Shown: one piece after another, positions 8,732 to 18,645 of the stretch | Layout of the letters: each line of letters opens with the position of its first letter | How positions within the stretch are numbered: the stretch's first letter is position 1 | Source of the DNA: a virus | Taxonomy: Duplodnaviria; Heunggongvirae; Uroviricota; Caudoviricetes | Length of the DNA: 64,000 nt | Strand: one strand, 5' to 3' | Virus record (IMG/VR): IMGVR_UViG_3300009983_000002 | The notes under the pieces: generated by a model | Databases searched by the model: none | Seen by the model: only the letters and a program-made list of their open reading frames with translations | What the model was told of the DNA's origin: nothing | Position numbers and translations under genes: made by a program

Positions 8732-10807
8732 TTAGTGGGTCTCCGCCCAGGTGTGGCCGATCTTCGAGGCCACGGCCACCGGGGGAATGAACTTGAAGTG
8801 ATCGCCAGCGGCTTGTGCGGCCTTTGCCTGGAGATGTTTGGCGACTTCGACGTGCTTGGGGAGGATCGCAATCTGATCTTCGTCGTGAATCCACAGAAGC
8901 TGGACCCAGTCGCCACCCCAGCCCTTCGATAGGCCTTCGGCATACATCTCTTCGCGGAAGTTCAGCAGCCACTTCTTCGCGAGGATCGCGGCGTCGCTTT
9001 GGAGTTTGAGGTTGAGGGCAGCGTGCTTGCCGCGAACCATGAGGCGGCGACCGTCTAGGCCTTCGATGCTGCCCGAACGCGCTTGCTTGCCGATGTCTTT
9101 CACGACCTTGCCGAGCGCGGGGATGCGTTCTTCGAAGGTGCGGCGGAGATTGCGGCCCAACAAAATCTTTTCGTGATCGTTGAGCAGCGGGTTCGCAATG
9201 TGGCCGAGTTTCCAATCGCCCGCGCCGTAGATGTAGGCGTAGATGAAGGTCTTCGCTTGATCGCGTGTGGCGAGGCCCGCAGCCTCTTGGTTCATCGTGT
9301 GGATGTCGCCGTGGAGCACGACATCGAGCAACGCGCCGTCATCGTATTTGTGCGTGAGGTTTGCTAGACAGCGGAATTCGATCCCTTCCATGTCGGTGCC
9401 GAGCATGACATAAGGATCAGGAACGTAGAAGAGATTGCGGCACTCCCAGCCGTAGTCGCCGACGCGGCCCTTCTTGATCACGCTGATCTTCGAGCCATCG
9501 GGCTGGAGTTCTTTCCCGGTGACGACACGCGGCACCTGCGCCAAGTTCGGCCCGTTGTGCGACGCACGGCCAGAGATGGTTCCGCCGACGTTGCAGTAGT
9601 GGCGAATCATGTCGTCGTCTTCGACGTTGTTCAGCCATGACTCCGCGCCATCCTGGACTTGGCCCAGGAGTTTCTTGTGGAAGAAGATTTCGGCCAACTC
9701 TTCGGCCATCGGGATTTTCCCGATCAGAGTCCGCAGCACGTCATCGTTGACGCTTGGGCGGCCCTTCTCCGTGAAGTCTTGCGGCACCCAGTCGTGGATG
9801 GTGATGAAGCGGTCGATGATTTGTTCGCGGCTGAGAGGATTGAATTCCTTCAACTGAATCGGGGTGTAGGCGCAGCCCTCAGTCCGCGACGCCTTCATCG
9901 GGTCCTTGTAGTTCAGCGTCTTCTTCGGGACCACGACTTCGCCCCAAACCGCACGCGACTCATCTTGGCCGTGCTCGACATCAGGGGCCGGATATTTCTT
10001 GGCCTTGTTCACGCCGTCAGGATCATCCCAGCGCGGCGCGATCACGCGCTTCTTTGCCGGGGCATACCAGAAGCCGTAATGCTTGCTCGCTTGCTCGACG
10101 AGCTTCTTCATCTCCGCTTGCACTTCCTGCGCAAGCGCTTGCGCGCCTTCACGGTCGAAGGGAATGCCGTCGCGTTCCTGTTCGCCCATGTAGTCGTGAA
10201 TCTGGTGCTCAAGAATGATGGCTTCTTCGCTGTAGTTCTCGCGGAGAATCTTCTGCCACAGTGCGTTGAGGACGAAGTTGTCCTGATCGCAGTAGTCTTC
10301 CATGTCCTGGTTCCACTCGGCCCAGACGTAGGCCGAGATTTCGTCAGGATCAGTGAGCCCTTTTTCGCGTGCTTCCGCTTCTTTCTTGGCTTTGTAGTCG
10401 CCCTTGAACATCTTCAGGCGGTGGCCCCAAGCATCCAAGGTGTGCCGCCCGATCAGTTGGCCGGGGAGCCTGCCACGCTCGAAAAGCATGAAGTCTTTTT
10501 GCTTCTGGTCGGCGTAGATCAGGCGCGTGCAGACCATCGAGTCGCGGATGCGGCCCTTGGGCTCCCAGCCCGGGTAGACTTTCTGGATCGCGGGGATGTC
10601 GAAGTGCAGGCCGTTGTGTGCGACGATCATCTCCGCAGACGCCAGGAATTCCAGGCCCTGCTCGATGTTGTTCATCAGCTTGTTGCGGCGGAACGTGTAG
10701 ATTTCCTGCGTCTCGTATTCCAGGATCGAGAGCACATGGATGCGGTCGAGCTTTTGGAGAAGCCCGTTGGTTTCAGTATCGAAGAGAAGAGTCTTCGGTG
10801 CGTCCAT
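8732..10807 (-). CDS. family A DNA polymerase (Pol I-like) with N-terminal 3'-5' exonuclease
   Basis: 691 aa; LLFDTETNGL exo motif. Pol motif A TDMEGIEFRCLANL, motif B RDQAKTFIYAYIYGAG, motif C LWIHDEDQIA. Confidence 0.85.
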   Translation of the reverse strand: MDAPKTLLFDTETNGLLQKLDRIHVLSILEYETQEIYTFRRNKLMNNIEQGLEFLASAEMIVAHNGLHFDIPAIQKVYPGWEPKGRIRDSMVCTRLIYADQKQKDFMLFERGRLPGQLIGRHTLDAWGHRLKMFKGDYKAKKEAEAREKGLTDPDEISAYVWAEWNQDMEDYCDQDNFVLNALWQKILRENYSEEAIILEHQIHDYMGEQERDGIPFDREGAQALAQEVQAEMKKLVEQASKHYGFWYAPAKKRVIAPRWDDPDGVNKAKKYPAPDVEHGQDESRAVWGEVVVPKKTLNYKDPMKASRTEGCAYTPIQLKEFNPLSREQIIDRFITIHDWVPQDFTEKGRPSVNDDVLRTLIGKIPMAEELAEIFFHKKLLGQVQDGAESWLNNVEDDDMIRHYCNVGGTISGRASHNGPNLAQVPRVVTGKELQPDGSKISVIKKGRVGDYGWECRNLFYVPDPYVMLGTDMEGIEFRCLANLTHKYDDGALLDVVLHGDIHTMNQEAAGLATRDQAKTFIYAYIYGAGDWKLGHIANPLLNDHEKILLGRNLRRTFEERIPALGKVVKDIGKQARSGSIEGLDGRRLMVRGKHAALNLKLQSDAAILAKKWLLNFREEMYAEGLSKGWGGDWVQLLWIHDEDQIAILPKHVEVAKHLQAKAAQAAGDHFKFIPPVAVASKIGHTWAETH

Positions 10808-11376
10808 CAGACGTAGGTGATGATTGCCGGGCCACTATGGCGCCAGTCCCAGATATACCACGCATAGCAGTGACGTGGCGAGCCTTTTGTGCCCTTGATC
10901 CAGCGCGGACGCCCGGGCGGGTGAACGATCTTCTGAGCGAACGGCGCTTTCTCGAAGAGGTCGCGGCGCGTCTTCGCCATGTCGTATTCGTTGCGGAGGA
11001 ACATCATCACTGAGCCCTTGCTGGGCTTCGTCAGCAGCAGCGCGTGACGGATGAATTCTTCAGCCTTCGAGTAAGGCGGATTGGTGATGATGATGTTGGC
11101 CTTGACGCCGTCCATCTCCGGGAGTTCTGTTTGCTCCAGGAAGTTGACGCCGGATTTGATTTCGGGATGCCCGCGATCTTCGAGATCGGTTCCGATCACG
11201 TCGAAGGCGTTGCGCTCCAAGACAGTGAGGATCGCACCGGCACCGGCAGCGCATTCCCAGACGACTTCGTCGAGAGTGAGCATGTGGTTCGCGATGAAAG
11301 GCACTAGGCCCTGCGTCCACTTCTCTTCAGTCTCGTAGAAGTCGCCCTCGATACGCTCATGGCCGCTGGGGCCCAT
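10807..11376 (-). CDS. N6-adenine (or N4-cytosine) DNA methyltransferase
   Basis: Real start taken at Met72 of track ORF 10807..11589 (ATG 4 nt after upstream stop; first 71 codons are S/R-rich junk). Motif I ECAAGAGAIL and motif IV IIITNPPY. Confidence 0.7.
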   Translation of the reverse strand: MGPSGHERIEGDFYETEEKWTQGLVPFIANHMLTLDEVVWECAAGAGAILTVLERNAFDVIGTDLEDRGHPEIKSGVNFLEQTELPEMDGVKANIIITNPPYSKAEEFIRHALLLTKPSKGSVMMFLRNEYDMAKTRRDLFEKAPFAQKIVHPPGRPRWIKGTKGSPRHCYAWYIWDWRHSGPAIITYV

Positions 11377-11380
11377 TGCT

Positions 11381-12070
11381 TTATCCGTTCGGGGCATAGA
11401 ACATCCGGTAGAAATGATCGAGGAAGAATTGCTTCGCTTGGCGCGGAAGCATCGGCGTGAAGTTCGGATCAATCTCTTCGATCTTCTTGATCGCTTCGGG
11501 CTTTTGCTTCCACGAAGAGAGAATGTCCGGGTGTGCGTGTAGTGCGTAGCCCTCCGCGTAGAGCAAGCGACGGTCGGCGCGTTTGACAACGTCGTCGATC
11601 AGTTGCGAGCGTTCCACGTTGTATTTGCCGACGATGCAGCGTTCAACACCATTCTCCATTTCGATGAAGTCAGGCATGTGGCGCTTGATGGGAGTGACGA
11701 GATCGCCGATCACGCTCTCCGGCGTGTCGTGCATAAGGCCCCACGGCTCTGCCGGTGCGTATTCGAGTTTGGACTCCCAGCCGACGTAGACGCTATGCTG
11801 CGCCACGCTGTAGAAGATGTCGTCGCGAAGGTGGCCGTTGAACCGAACTTGCTTGCTCAGTGAGTTCGCAATGTGCTCGATATGAAACTCTTCGGGGCGT
11901 GGATTGAACGGGTGGACGTTGCCCATCCCCGTCGTCATATACGCCTCTTCTTTGGTGGCCCCGGTGTTCGCCGTGTAGGCGACCCCCGAGCCCGGGTCCA
12001 CGAAGCCGCCGGGACGGACGACCGCGTTAACGAGTTTCATTAAGCCTAACATGGAAGCGGAGAACATCAC
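11381..12070 (-). CDS. HD-domain 5'-deoxynucleotidase (YfbR-like)
   Basis: HSVYV...LMHDTPESVIGDLVTPIK parallels E. coli YfbR MYHDASEVLTGDLPTPVK. H...HD...D metal-ligand pattern. Confidence 0.65.
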   Translation of the reverse strand: MMFSASMLGLMKLVNAVVRPGGFVDPGSGVAYTANTGATKEEAYMTTGMGNVHPFNPRPEEFHIEHIANSLSKQVRFNGHLRDDIFYSVAQHSVYVGWESKLEYAPAEPWGLMHDTPESVIGDLVTPIKRHMPDFIEMENGVERCIVGKYNVERSQLIDDVVKRADRRLLYAEGYALHAHPDILSSWKQKPEAIKKIEEIDPNFTPMLPRQAKQFFLDHFYRMFYAPNG

Positions 12071-13689
12071 GAATCGGCTGGCTTGTCAAGCGTCTTCGCT
12101 ATATTCTCCATCCGCTCCAGGAGCTTCACAACCATTTGGGCGTCGCTAGACCCTTCGACCACTAGGTGTTGCGATACGCATTCATTCTTCTGGCCGATGC
12201 GCCAAATCCGGTCTTCCGCTTGTTCGACATCGCGGGGGACCCAAGACAGTTCGAAGAAGTTGACGAACCGAGCGGCGGTCAGCGTCCACCCCACGCCCAT
12301 CGCTCCGATGTTGCCGAGGATCACGCGACACGTCTCGTCCTCTTGAAACGCATCGACATACTCTTGCCGCCGTGAGTTGGGTGTTCCCCCGGTGATGACG
12401 CGGGGGTTCCACTTCTTGAGCAACGCCGCCGCCTTCTCGATGACTTCGGTGTGGACGGCGAAGATCACAAGCTTCTCACCGGCTTTGAGCAGCGACTCCG
12501 CGTGCTCGATGCACATGGGAAGCTTCGCCAAAGCGAGTTCGACGCGGGCCTTTGAGATGGCTTCGAATGCGATCTTCTCGTCGAAGTTATTGAGTTGGTC
12601 GGCAGCCTCTTCGTAGCTGAGCCCCATGAGATGCCCGTATTTGGCCTCGATGGCGGCTTCCAGGCTTTCCCACGTCCATTCTTCCTCTGGGGTGATGGAG
12701 ATGCCTGCCGTGCCCTCATAGTGCGCCAGCGCCTTCTCAAACGCCGTCATCTCGGCTTCGTTCTTTTTCAAGAGACCGGCGCGGGGAAGGGGAATGATTT
12801 GGCGACGCTTATCCGGCAAGTCTTTCAAGACTTCGCGTTTGTTGCGGCGGACCATGAACGTCGCACGCATCCGCTGTTGGAGTTCGTCGGTGTTTGATGC
12901 GCCCGTGGTGTCGAGTCCGAACCCGTTGTGCTTGGCATCGCAGTAGCGGCGGGCGAACGTGATCCAGTTGGCCCCGAGCCCCTTGGGATCGAGTTGACGG
13001 CAGAATTCCCAAAGGTCTTGCGTCTCCTTTGGCTCTGGGGTCCCCGTGAGGAAGATACGGAATTTCGATGGCGGGCGGAGAATGCGCTTCGCAACGATCC
13101 CCTTCTTTTTGTTGGCGCGTTGGTTGTGGCCCCAGCAATACTTCGAGCGTTCGGCTTTGATGTTGCAAATGTAGTCGGCTTCGTCGAAGACCGTGAGGTC
13201 CCATTGCCGTGCTTGGATTTGCGTGTAGAAGCGTTTCAGGAGTTCGTAATTGATGATCACGATGTCGGTGTCGGGCCAATAGTCCGTCACCTTCTCCAGC
13301 ACCTTGTAGCGGGGCTTCCCCTTGTTCTTGCCGGTCTTGAAGACGCCGACTTGCTCGCGGACAATCTCTGTGCCGCTGGCGATGCCCCAAGTGAGGTCGG
13401 CGGTCAGCCAGCGATCAATCTCGCGGCTCCAGTTGATCTTCAGGAACGCCGGGCACACGATCAGCACCTTCGAGATGCGTTCGTCGGCATTGATGCGGAG
13501 GATGGCCTGGATCGTCTTACCCAACCCAGGTGGGTCGGCGATCAATGTGTCTGGGGTGTAGAGCGAGTATTCGGCCCCCGCGACTTGGTAGCCGTAGGGC
13601 GTCTTACCCGGCGGGGTCGGAATCTCCAGCGAGCTTGTCGCCGCGCAAGAGAGCGCCAACCTCTGCTGCCGTGTAAGTGCGACTTGCAT
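12067..13689 (-). CDS. SNF2-family helicase/ATPase
   Basis: DPPGLGKT (motif I), DEADYI (DEAH-box variant), C-terminal helicase domain QEDETCRVILGNIGAMGVGWTLTAA...QAEDRIWRIGQ. Start uncertain (overlaps next gene by 86 nt at ATG). Confidence 0.8.
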   Translation of the reverse strand: MQVALTRQQRLALSCAATSSLEIPTPPGKTPYGYQVAGAEYSLYTPDTLIADPPGLGKTIQAILRINADERISKVLIVCPAFLKINWSREIDRWLTADLTWGIASGTEIVREQVGVFKTGKNKGKPRYKVLEKVTDYWPDTDIVIINYELLKRFYTQIQARQWDLTVFDEADYICNIKAERSKYCWGHNQRANKKKGIVAKRILRPPSKFRIFLTGTPEPKETQDLWEFCRQLDPKGLGANWITFARRYCDAKHNGFGLDTTGASNTDELQQRMRATFMVRRNKREVLKDLPDKRRQIIPLPRAGLLKKNEAEMTAFEKALAHYEGTAGISITPEEEWTWESLEAAIEAKYGHLMGLSYEEAADQLNNFDEKIAFEAISKARVELALAKLPMCIEHAESLLKAGEKLVIFAVHTEVIEKAAALLKKWNPRVITGGTPNSRRQEYVDAFQEDETCRVILGNIGAMGVGWTLTAARFVNFFELSWVPRDVEQAEDRIWRIGQKNECVSQHLVVEGSSDAQMVVKLLERMENIAKTLDKPADS

Positions 13690-14071
13690 ACTTGGTCTTC
13701 AGAATTCCGATAGCGCCTTCGAGGAAGGCATTTATTCTCGGCGCGCGCTTCGGGAGTTCGGAGAGGCCGGTCCCCAAGCCGTCTTCGGGGAAGACCACGA
13801 TCTTCCCGCTGTCGAGCGCCGCTGTCACCGCCGCGAGGTCGTTGCTGATCATCCGCGTCGCCACGACGTAGTTGAGGTCGGAGAAGAAAGAGGCGGGGCG
13901 CATGTCGGGCTTCCACTTCGTGCGGACCCCGATGGCGTTGGGTTCGCCGCGAGCTTCCCCAGCTTGGCCGCCCAGGCCCTCGCGTTCGTCGTTGTCCCCG
14001 AAGACGTAGATCACGTTGGGGTTGTTGCGGAGGTCAGAACGGTAGTATCTCTTCTGGGTGATCAACGGCAT
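13604..14071 (-). CDS. hypothetical protein, possible LOG/SLOG-family Rossmann-fold protein
   Basis: VIYVFGDNDEREGLGGQAGEARGEPNAIGVRT and VVFPEDGLGTGLSEL loosely parallel the LOG family VFGGG...GLMG and PGGxGTxEE motifs. Weak call. Confidence 0.3.
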   Translation of the reverse strand: MPLITQKRYYRSDLRNNPNVIYVFGDNDEREGLGGQAGEARGEPNAIGVRTKWKPDMRPASFFSDLNYVVATRMISNDLAAVTAALDSGKIVVFPEDGLGTGLSELPKRAPRINAFLEGAIGILKTKYASRTYTAAEVGALLRGDKLAGDSDPAG

Positions 14072-14282
14072 CCGGGTCTCCTATCGTGTCCCAGAACCGA
14101 AAGATGTCGGCCTGGGTGTAGTTGGGCACAAAGTAGTCGGCGAGTTCGGGGTCCATCCCACAGTCCTCGCACCACGCGGGACCATAGATCATTCCCGCGC
14201 CCACGTCAACTGATTCCTGCCAGATGATGCCGCCGCAGCACCGGCAGGGCTCTAAGTCCTGGCGGCCCCGGATGTATGTCAC
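14034..14282 (-). CDS. Cys-rich small protein (putative Zn-binding)
   Basis: 82 aa; CRCCGG...CEDCGMD cysteine pairs. Confidence 0.4.
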   Translation of the reverse strand: MTYIRGRQDLEPCRCCGGIIWQESVDVGAGMIYGPAWCEDCGMDPELADYFVPNYTQADIFRFWDTIGDPDAVDHPEEILPF

Positions 14283-14737
14283 TTCTTGGCCTTCTCCGCC
14301 GCCCGGTCGTGCATGGTGATGCCGTCCAGGTGGTCAACCTCGTGGGCGATGCAGCGGGCGAGCAAGCCCGTGGCCCGCAGCTTCTGGCGGTTCCAGGCGC
14401 GGTCTGTGTAGGCCACGGTGAGGCTCACGGGCCTGCTGACGGGCACCTGATCCATTGGGTAGGAAAGGCAGCCCTCGGCCATCGTGGCGCGAATGGCGGC
14501 CTTGAATTCGATGATGGGGTTGATCATGAAGTGGAGGTCGCGGCCAACGGCGACGACGCACATGCGCTTCGCGATCCCCACCTGCGGCGCCGCGATCCCG
14601 ATTGCCATGCGAGCCTTCATGGTCTCATACATGGCCGTGAGTTGGGTCAGGGCTTCCTTGTCGCCGATTTCGACGGCAGGGGCGGGCGTGTGGAGGATGG
14701 GGTCGTTGTGGGGAACGAGCTTCAGTGAGAGTGCCAT
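14279..14737 (-). CDS. def: peptide deformylase
   Basis: Start at Met68 of track ORF (ATG 14737, SD CTGGAG). Three PDF motifs: GIAAPQVG, EGCLS, HEVDHLDG. Upstream 67 codons of the track ORF are low-complexity. Confidence 0.8.
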   Translation of the reverse strand: MALSLKLVPHNDPILHTPAPAVEIGDKEALTQLTAMYETMKARMAIGIAAPQVGIAKRMCVVAVGRDLHFMINPIIEFKAAIRATMAEGCLSYPMDQVPVSRPVSLTVAYTDRAWNRQKLRATGLLARCIAHEVDHLDGITMHDRAAEKAKK

Positions 14738-14748
14738 GTTGGCTCCAG

Positions 14749-14786
14749 AAAAGGGACGGGCCCGGGGAAGGAGATAACCCGGGCCC
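14749..14786 (-). terminator. candidate rho-independent terminator after rIIB-like gene
   Basis: Perfect 9-bp palindromic stem GGGCCCGGG/CCCGGGCCC (14758-14766 / 14778-14786) with 11-nt loop. On the minus-strand transcript it is followed by CCCUUUUCU. Confidence 0.45.
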
Positions 14787-14852
14787 GTCGTCGCGTCGGC
14801 GGAGGAAGGAGATGACTCCGCTTCGCTAGCGGGGATTATCAGGCCCCCGATT

Positions 14853-16418
14853 TCAGCCCCGGATTTCCTTGATCCAGCCCCGCAGGGTGGATTCAGAGAT
14901 GCCGGAGATACGTTGGCCGCCGCGATAGCCGTGTTCATCCACGATCTTCGTCACTTCGTCAGCGGTGAATTGGCGACCGTCCTTGGTCTTGAAGACCAGA
15001 GCGGTCTCGACGGTGTCAACGGCGTCCTCTTGGGAGTCGCGGCGCAGCCAGAATTCGAGGATCGCACGCGGCTCTTCCGCGAGTTCGACCCCAGCTTCAA
15101 GCTGGTCGTGATGGGGCTCCCAGTATTCGTCGCCCTGGACAGTCGAGACCCACTCGAAGGCGTAGAGCAGGCCGCGAGCGCGCTTGCGGAACGAGAGGCT
15201 GGTGTCCAGCGCACGCTCCAGGTCGGCACGCTTCAGGTCGCCCGGGACATCGCCGTAGAGTTCCAGGCGCTCTTCTTCCGTGAGTTCGGTGCGAGCGTCT
15301 TCGGCGTCGGCCTCCGGCGCCGCAGTGGCGGCAGCGGCTTCGGCGCGTTCGACTTGCGCGATCCAGAATTCGAGGACCGGCAGGGCGTCGTCGGGCTCAA
15401 CCTCGTTGTTGAGGCTGGTGTCGGCGTCGTCCCAGTAGCTCCAGCCCTGGATCGTGTCTTCCCAGTCGAATGCCGCTTGCAGCGCATCGAGACGGTCGCC
15501 GTTGTCGTTCGTGGAGTCCACGACGATGCGGGCTTGGTCGATGTCGAAGCCTTTCGGCACCGGGCCGTATTCCGCGAGCTTGCGGTCGATTTCTTCCTGG
15601 GTGTCGCCGTCGCCATCTTCGAGCGTGCGGCGGTAGTAGTCTTCGCTGGCCGTGGCGACGCCGCCGAAGTAGGACTTCGCTTCGTCTTCCGGCACTTCGC
15701 CAACGACTTCATACGTCCACGCCCGGCCCTTCGCGTTGTTGTAGTCGCTGGGGATCGAGACCACGTCGGCGGGGTTGATCTTCACGATCACCACGCGACC
15801 TTGGCCGCCGTGATAGTGGTCGAGATACGAGTAGGAGCAGAAGTGGAGGCCCCGCGAGCAGGTGGCGTTGCGGTTTGGGTCCACGTCTTCGCGGCGCATC
15901 GACGGCTTCTCGCCGATCTTGTTCGACACGACTTCGCCGCCGTAGCCACGGTGGAACGAAGTGTAGTCGTCCGCGACCTTCTTGAAGGCCAGGATGTCGC
16001 CGTCGTCGGTGAGCACGAATTGGCCGCTTTCGAGGAAGAGGTCGATTTCCTGGCGGGCCTTCACAGACGGGTTCTGTTCGCGCTTCGCCAGATAGTTGGC
16101 GAGGGCGTCGATGCTGTAGCCGCCCTTGAGCAACGTCAGCACTTGCGTGACGTAGACGCCTTCGATGGCGATGCCGTCGAAGCGGACTTCGCTGTCGCCG
16201 ACCTGGACGCGGCCAAAGCTGGCGCGCGTGATGAAGCCCGGGAGGTCCGCGAGATCGCGGATCAGATCGAGGTTGTAATCCTTGGCCTTCGCGCCGCGCT
16301 GGAGTTCGGCCTTCAGGGCGTCGAAGTTCGGATGGCTGTTGTCGATGGCGCGGGGGCGACCGTCGAGAAGCAAGTTAATGCTTCGGGGGGTGATGGTTAC
16401 TGCGAGGGTAAGTGACAT
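14853..16418 (-). CDS. large hypothetical protein, possible rIIB-like
   Basis: Start at Met93 of track ORF (ATG 16418, SD GAAGGAG 5 nt upstream; upstream codons are S/T/R junk). 521 aa, acidic. Lies immediately downstream of the GHKL-ATPase (rIIA-like) gene, as in T4 rIIA-rIIB. No motif confirmation. Confidence 0.3.
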   Translation of the reverse strand: MSLTLAVTITPRSINLLLDGRPRAIDNSHPNFDALKAELQRGAKAKDYNLDLIRDLADLPGFITRASFGRVQVGDSEVRFDGIAIEGVYVTQVLTLLKGGYSIDALANYLAKREQNPSVKARQEIDLFLESGQFVLTDDGDILAFKKVADDYTSFHRGYGGEVVSNKIGEKPSMRREDVDPNRNATCSRGLHFCSYSYLDHYHGGQGRVVIVKINPADVVSIPSDYNNAKGRAWTYEVVGEVPEDEAKSYFGGVATASEDYYRRTLEDGDGDTQEEIDRKLAEYGPVPKGFDIDQARIVVDSTNDNGDRLDALQAAFDWEDTIQGWSYWDDADTSLNNEVEPDDALPVLEFWIAQVERAEAAAATAAPEADAEDARTELTEEERLELYGDVPGDLKRADLERALDTSLSFRKRARGLLYAFEWVSTVQGDEYWEPHHDQLEAGVELAEEPRAILEFWLRRDSQEDAVDTVETALVFKTKDGRQFTADEVTKIVDEHGYRGGQRISGISESTLRGWIKEIRG

Positions 16419-16461
16419 AGGGTCTCCTTCTCTGTCGTGTTTCAAAGTTGGCGCGATTAGA

Positions 16462-18645
16462 TCACGCCTTCTTCGCGTTGTCAACAAGCAAAATGTAGTC
16501 CAACAATTTTTGCATCGTCTCTTCGTCGGCGTGGTAGCGCCACGAGTTGCCGACGATGACCTGGAGCAGCGGGTAGGCTTCGACGACGGCCTTGGCCTCT
16601 TCCACGGGGCCCGGGTGGGCCGCCGGGAGTTCGATGCTGCCCCGCAGGACTTCGAGAACGCGGAAGCGTTCAAGGATGTCCTTGGTGTCTTCATCTTCCG
16701 CGAGTTCCCGATAGAAGCGCACTTCGTTAAGAAGCTTCTTCAGCGGCGAGTCGTCGCCGAGGATCACCGACTTGTCGAGCCCGCTTTCGATCAGGTTCAC
16801 CGCGAACTTCCAGCCGAGTTCGTCAGTGACGTTCTCTTCGTAGTTCTTGAAGGCCGCGACGAAGTCGAGATCGACCGTGAGATCGGTGGCGGCGGCCACG
16901 ATGTCCCAGAAGCTTTCCCAGCCTTCGTGCTTGTTCGGGATGTTCTTGTAGGTCGCGGGAATGCCCAAGAGTTCGAAGTCGGCGTCGAGCTTCTTGAACT
17001 TCTTCAGGGCCTCGATCAGCGAGTTGATGTAGGAGATCGAGACTTCCTGGCCCGCGTTCATCGGGCAGTTCTTCGACAGGTGGACGTAGACGCCGCCGTC
17101 TTCGGGCTGCACGTCGGCCTCTTCGAACTTGTAGCCTTCGAGCACCTTGACCTTCGGAGCGGCCTTGCGGTCGAGCACCGACTGCGGAATCGGAAGGTCT
17201 TCGAGCTTCACGAATTCCGACGCCGGAGGACGCCCGAGTTCGACCAGGAGCTTAGCGAAGCTGCGCTTGCCGAATTGTTCGGTGGTCTGAATCCAAACCA
17301 AGTCAGCACGTTCGCTGTAGCTGAATTGTTCGAAGTATGCGGCGATGCGCGCCGCAATGTGCTTCACCGGAGTGTTCATGTCCTGGATCAGGAAGACCGT
17401 CTTCTGGCCGACTTCCAGGTCAATGTGGTTGCGGTGTTCGAACTTGATCTTCGGGCGCTTGTTGCACACGTCATAGCTGCTGACGAACGCCAGCGAGCAG
17501 CCCAAGCGCGACTTGATGCGCGTGCGGGTGTCGAGTTTCTTCGAGCGCCACACTGCATTCTTGCGGGCGTATTCGCGGAACGAAGTCGGCAGGTTGTAGG
17601 TGTTGAGCACTTCGTTCAAGCGCTTGCGGGCCGTCCAGCGCGTCTTCGCCGTCGAGATCGACTGTTCGATCTTCGCCAGGATTTCGGCCTCGACGAGCTT
17701 CAGATAGCGCGCGATGCTCTTCTTCGTGAGGTCGGTATATTCCAGGTGTTCACGCGAAGGCGTGATGCTGAAGTCGCCGATTTCGCCTTCGATGAAAAGC
17801 GGAGCGCCAAGGAGTTCGCGTTGGTGCTGCGAGAACGAGCCGTCGAGCGCGTGAGTGTCGATGGGATAGATCACGCAGCCTTGCTTCACGGCAGCGCGTT
17901 GCACGAGTTGGTTGGGCTTCACGAGCTTCCAGTTCGTGCCCTCAATCGACGATTCCAGCGGTTCGCCTTCGACCTTCGAGCCCGAGAGAACGGGGAAAAC
18001 ATCGAAGCCCGGCAGCGTCATGCGAGCGGCGCGCTTGAAGTGCTCGACATCCTCGACCTTAACCGAGAACGAGACTTCAAGGCCTTGCTCTTCGTCCGTG
18101 ACCTCATTCGAGAACAGGACGATCTTCGGCTTGCCTTCTTCATTGATGAAGCAGTTGTAGATGCGCTTGCGGCCTTCGAAGCGCACGATGACGTTGAAGC
18201 TGTCGGTGTAGGCGAACGGGGTCTTCGAGCCCAGGCCGAACTTACCGACTTGCTTGTCAGCGGCGTCGAGAATCTTGGCCTTCTGGGCCTGCGTCGCGCC
18301 CTTGGGGACAGCGCCGTCTTTCGTGGATTCGAAGACGCGGGTGTAATTACGCATCACGAATTCGTGGGTCATGGAGACGCCGAAGTCGCGGACGCTGAAG
18401 TAGGGCTCCCATTGCGTCGGCAGGTGGCATTCGAACGGACGCTCCGGGGTGCCGCGCATGGCGTGGGCGTCGAAAGCGTTCGACCACAGTTCTCGGATGA
18501 TCGCTCGCGGCTTGTCCGAATAGATGCCGTCGATCAGAAGGCGGAAGGCCTTCGCGGTCGCGGCAATCGTGAATTCGCCTTCTTCTTCCACGCCATCGAC
18601 GAAAACGTCGCGACCGGAATCGAGGGTATTGGCTTCGGCTCTCAA
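16462..18645 (-). CDS. rIIA-like protein (N-terminal GHKL/HATPase_c-type ATPase domain)
   Basis: 727 aa; RAIIRELWSNAFDAH resembles the Bergerat-fold N-box (ELxxNAxDA) found at the rIIA N-terminus. TTG start with SD AAGGAG 6 nt upstream. Confidence 0.5.
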   Translation of the reverse strand: MRAEANTLDSGRDVFVDGVEEEGEFTIAATAKAFRLLIDGIYSDKPRAIIRELWSNAFDAHAMRGTPERPFECHLPTQWEPYFSVRDFGVSMTHEFVMRNYTRVFESTKDGAVPKGATQAQKAKILDAADKQVGKFGLGSKTPFAYTDSFNVIVRFEGRKRIYNCFINEEGKPKIVLFSNEVTDEEQGLEVSFSVKVEDVEHFKRAARMTLPGFDVFPVLSGSKVEGEPLESSIEGTNWKLVKPNQLVQRAAVKQGCVIYPIDTHALDGSFSQHQRELLGAPLFIEGEIGDFSITPSREHLEYTDLTKKSIARYLKLVEAEILAKIEQSISTAKTRWTARKRLNEVLNTYNLPTSFREYARKNAVWRSKKLDTRTRIKSRLGCSLAFVSSYDVCNKRPKIKFEHRNHIDLEVGQKTVFLIQDMNTPVKHIAARIAAYFEQFSYSERADLVWIQTTEQFGKRSFAKLLVELGRPPASEFVKLEDLPIPQSVLDRKAAPKVKVLEGYKFEEADVQPEDGGVYVHLSKNCPMNAGQEVSISYINSLIEALKKFKKLDADFELLGIPATYKNIPNKHEGWESFWDIVAAATDLTVDLDFVAAFKNYEENVTDELGWKFAVNLIESGLDKSVILGDDSPLKKLLNEVRFYRELAEDEDTKDILERFRVLEVLRGSIELPAAHPGPVEEAKAVVEAYPLLQVIVGNSWRYHADEETMQKLLDYILLVDNAKKA

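Noticed and set aside
9659-10816. 385-aa plus-strand ORF
   Set aside because: Antisense of the DNA polymerase gene.
12067-13689. First ATG of the SNF2 helicase ORF as the true start
   Set aside because: It overlaps the downstream gene by 86 nt. An internal start is more likely but could not be fixed from sequence alone, so track coordinates are kept with a caveat.
14913-16415. 500-aa plus-strand ORF
   Set aside because: Antisense of the rIIB-like gene.
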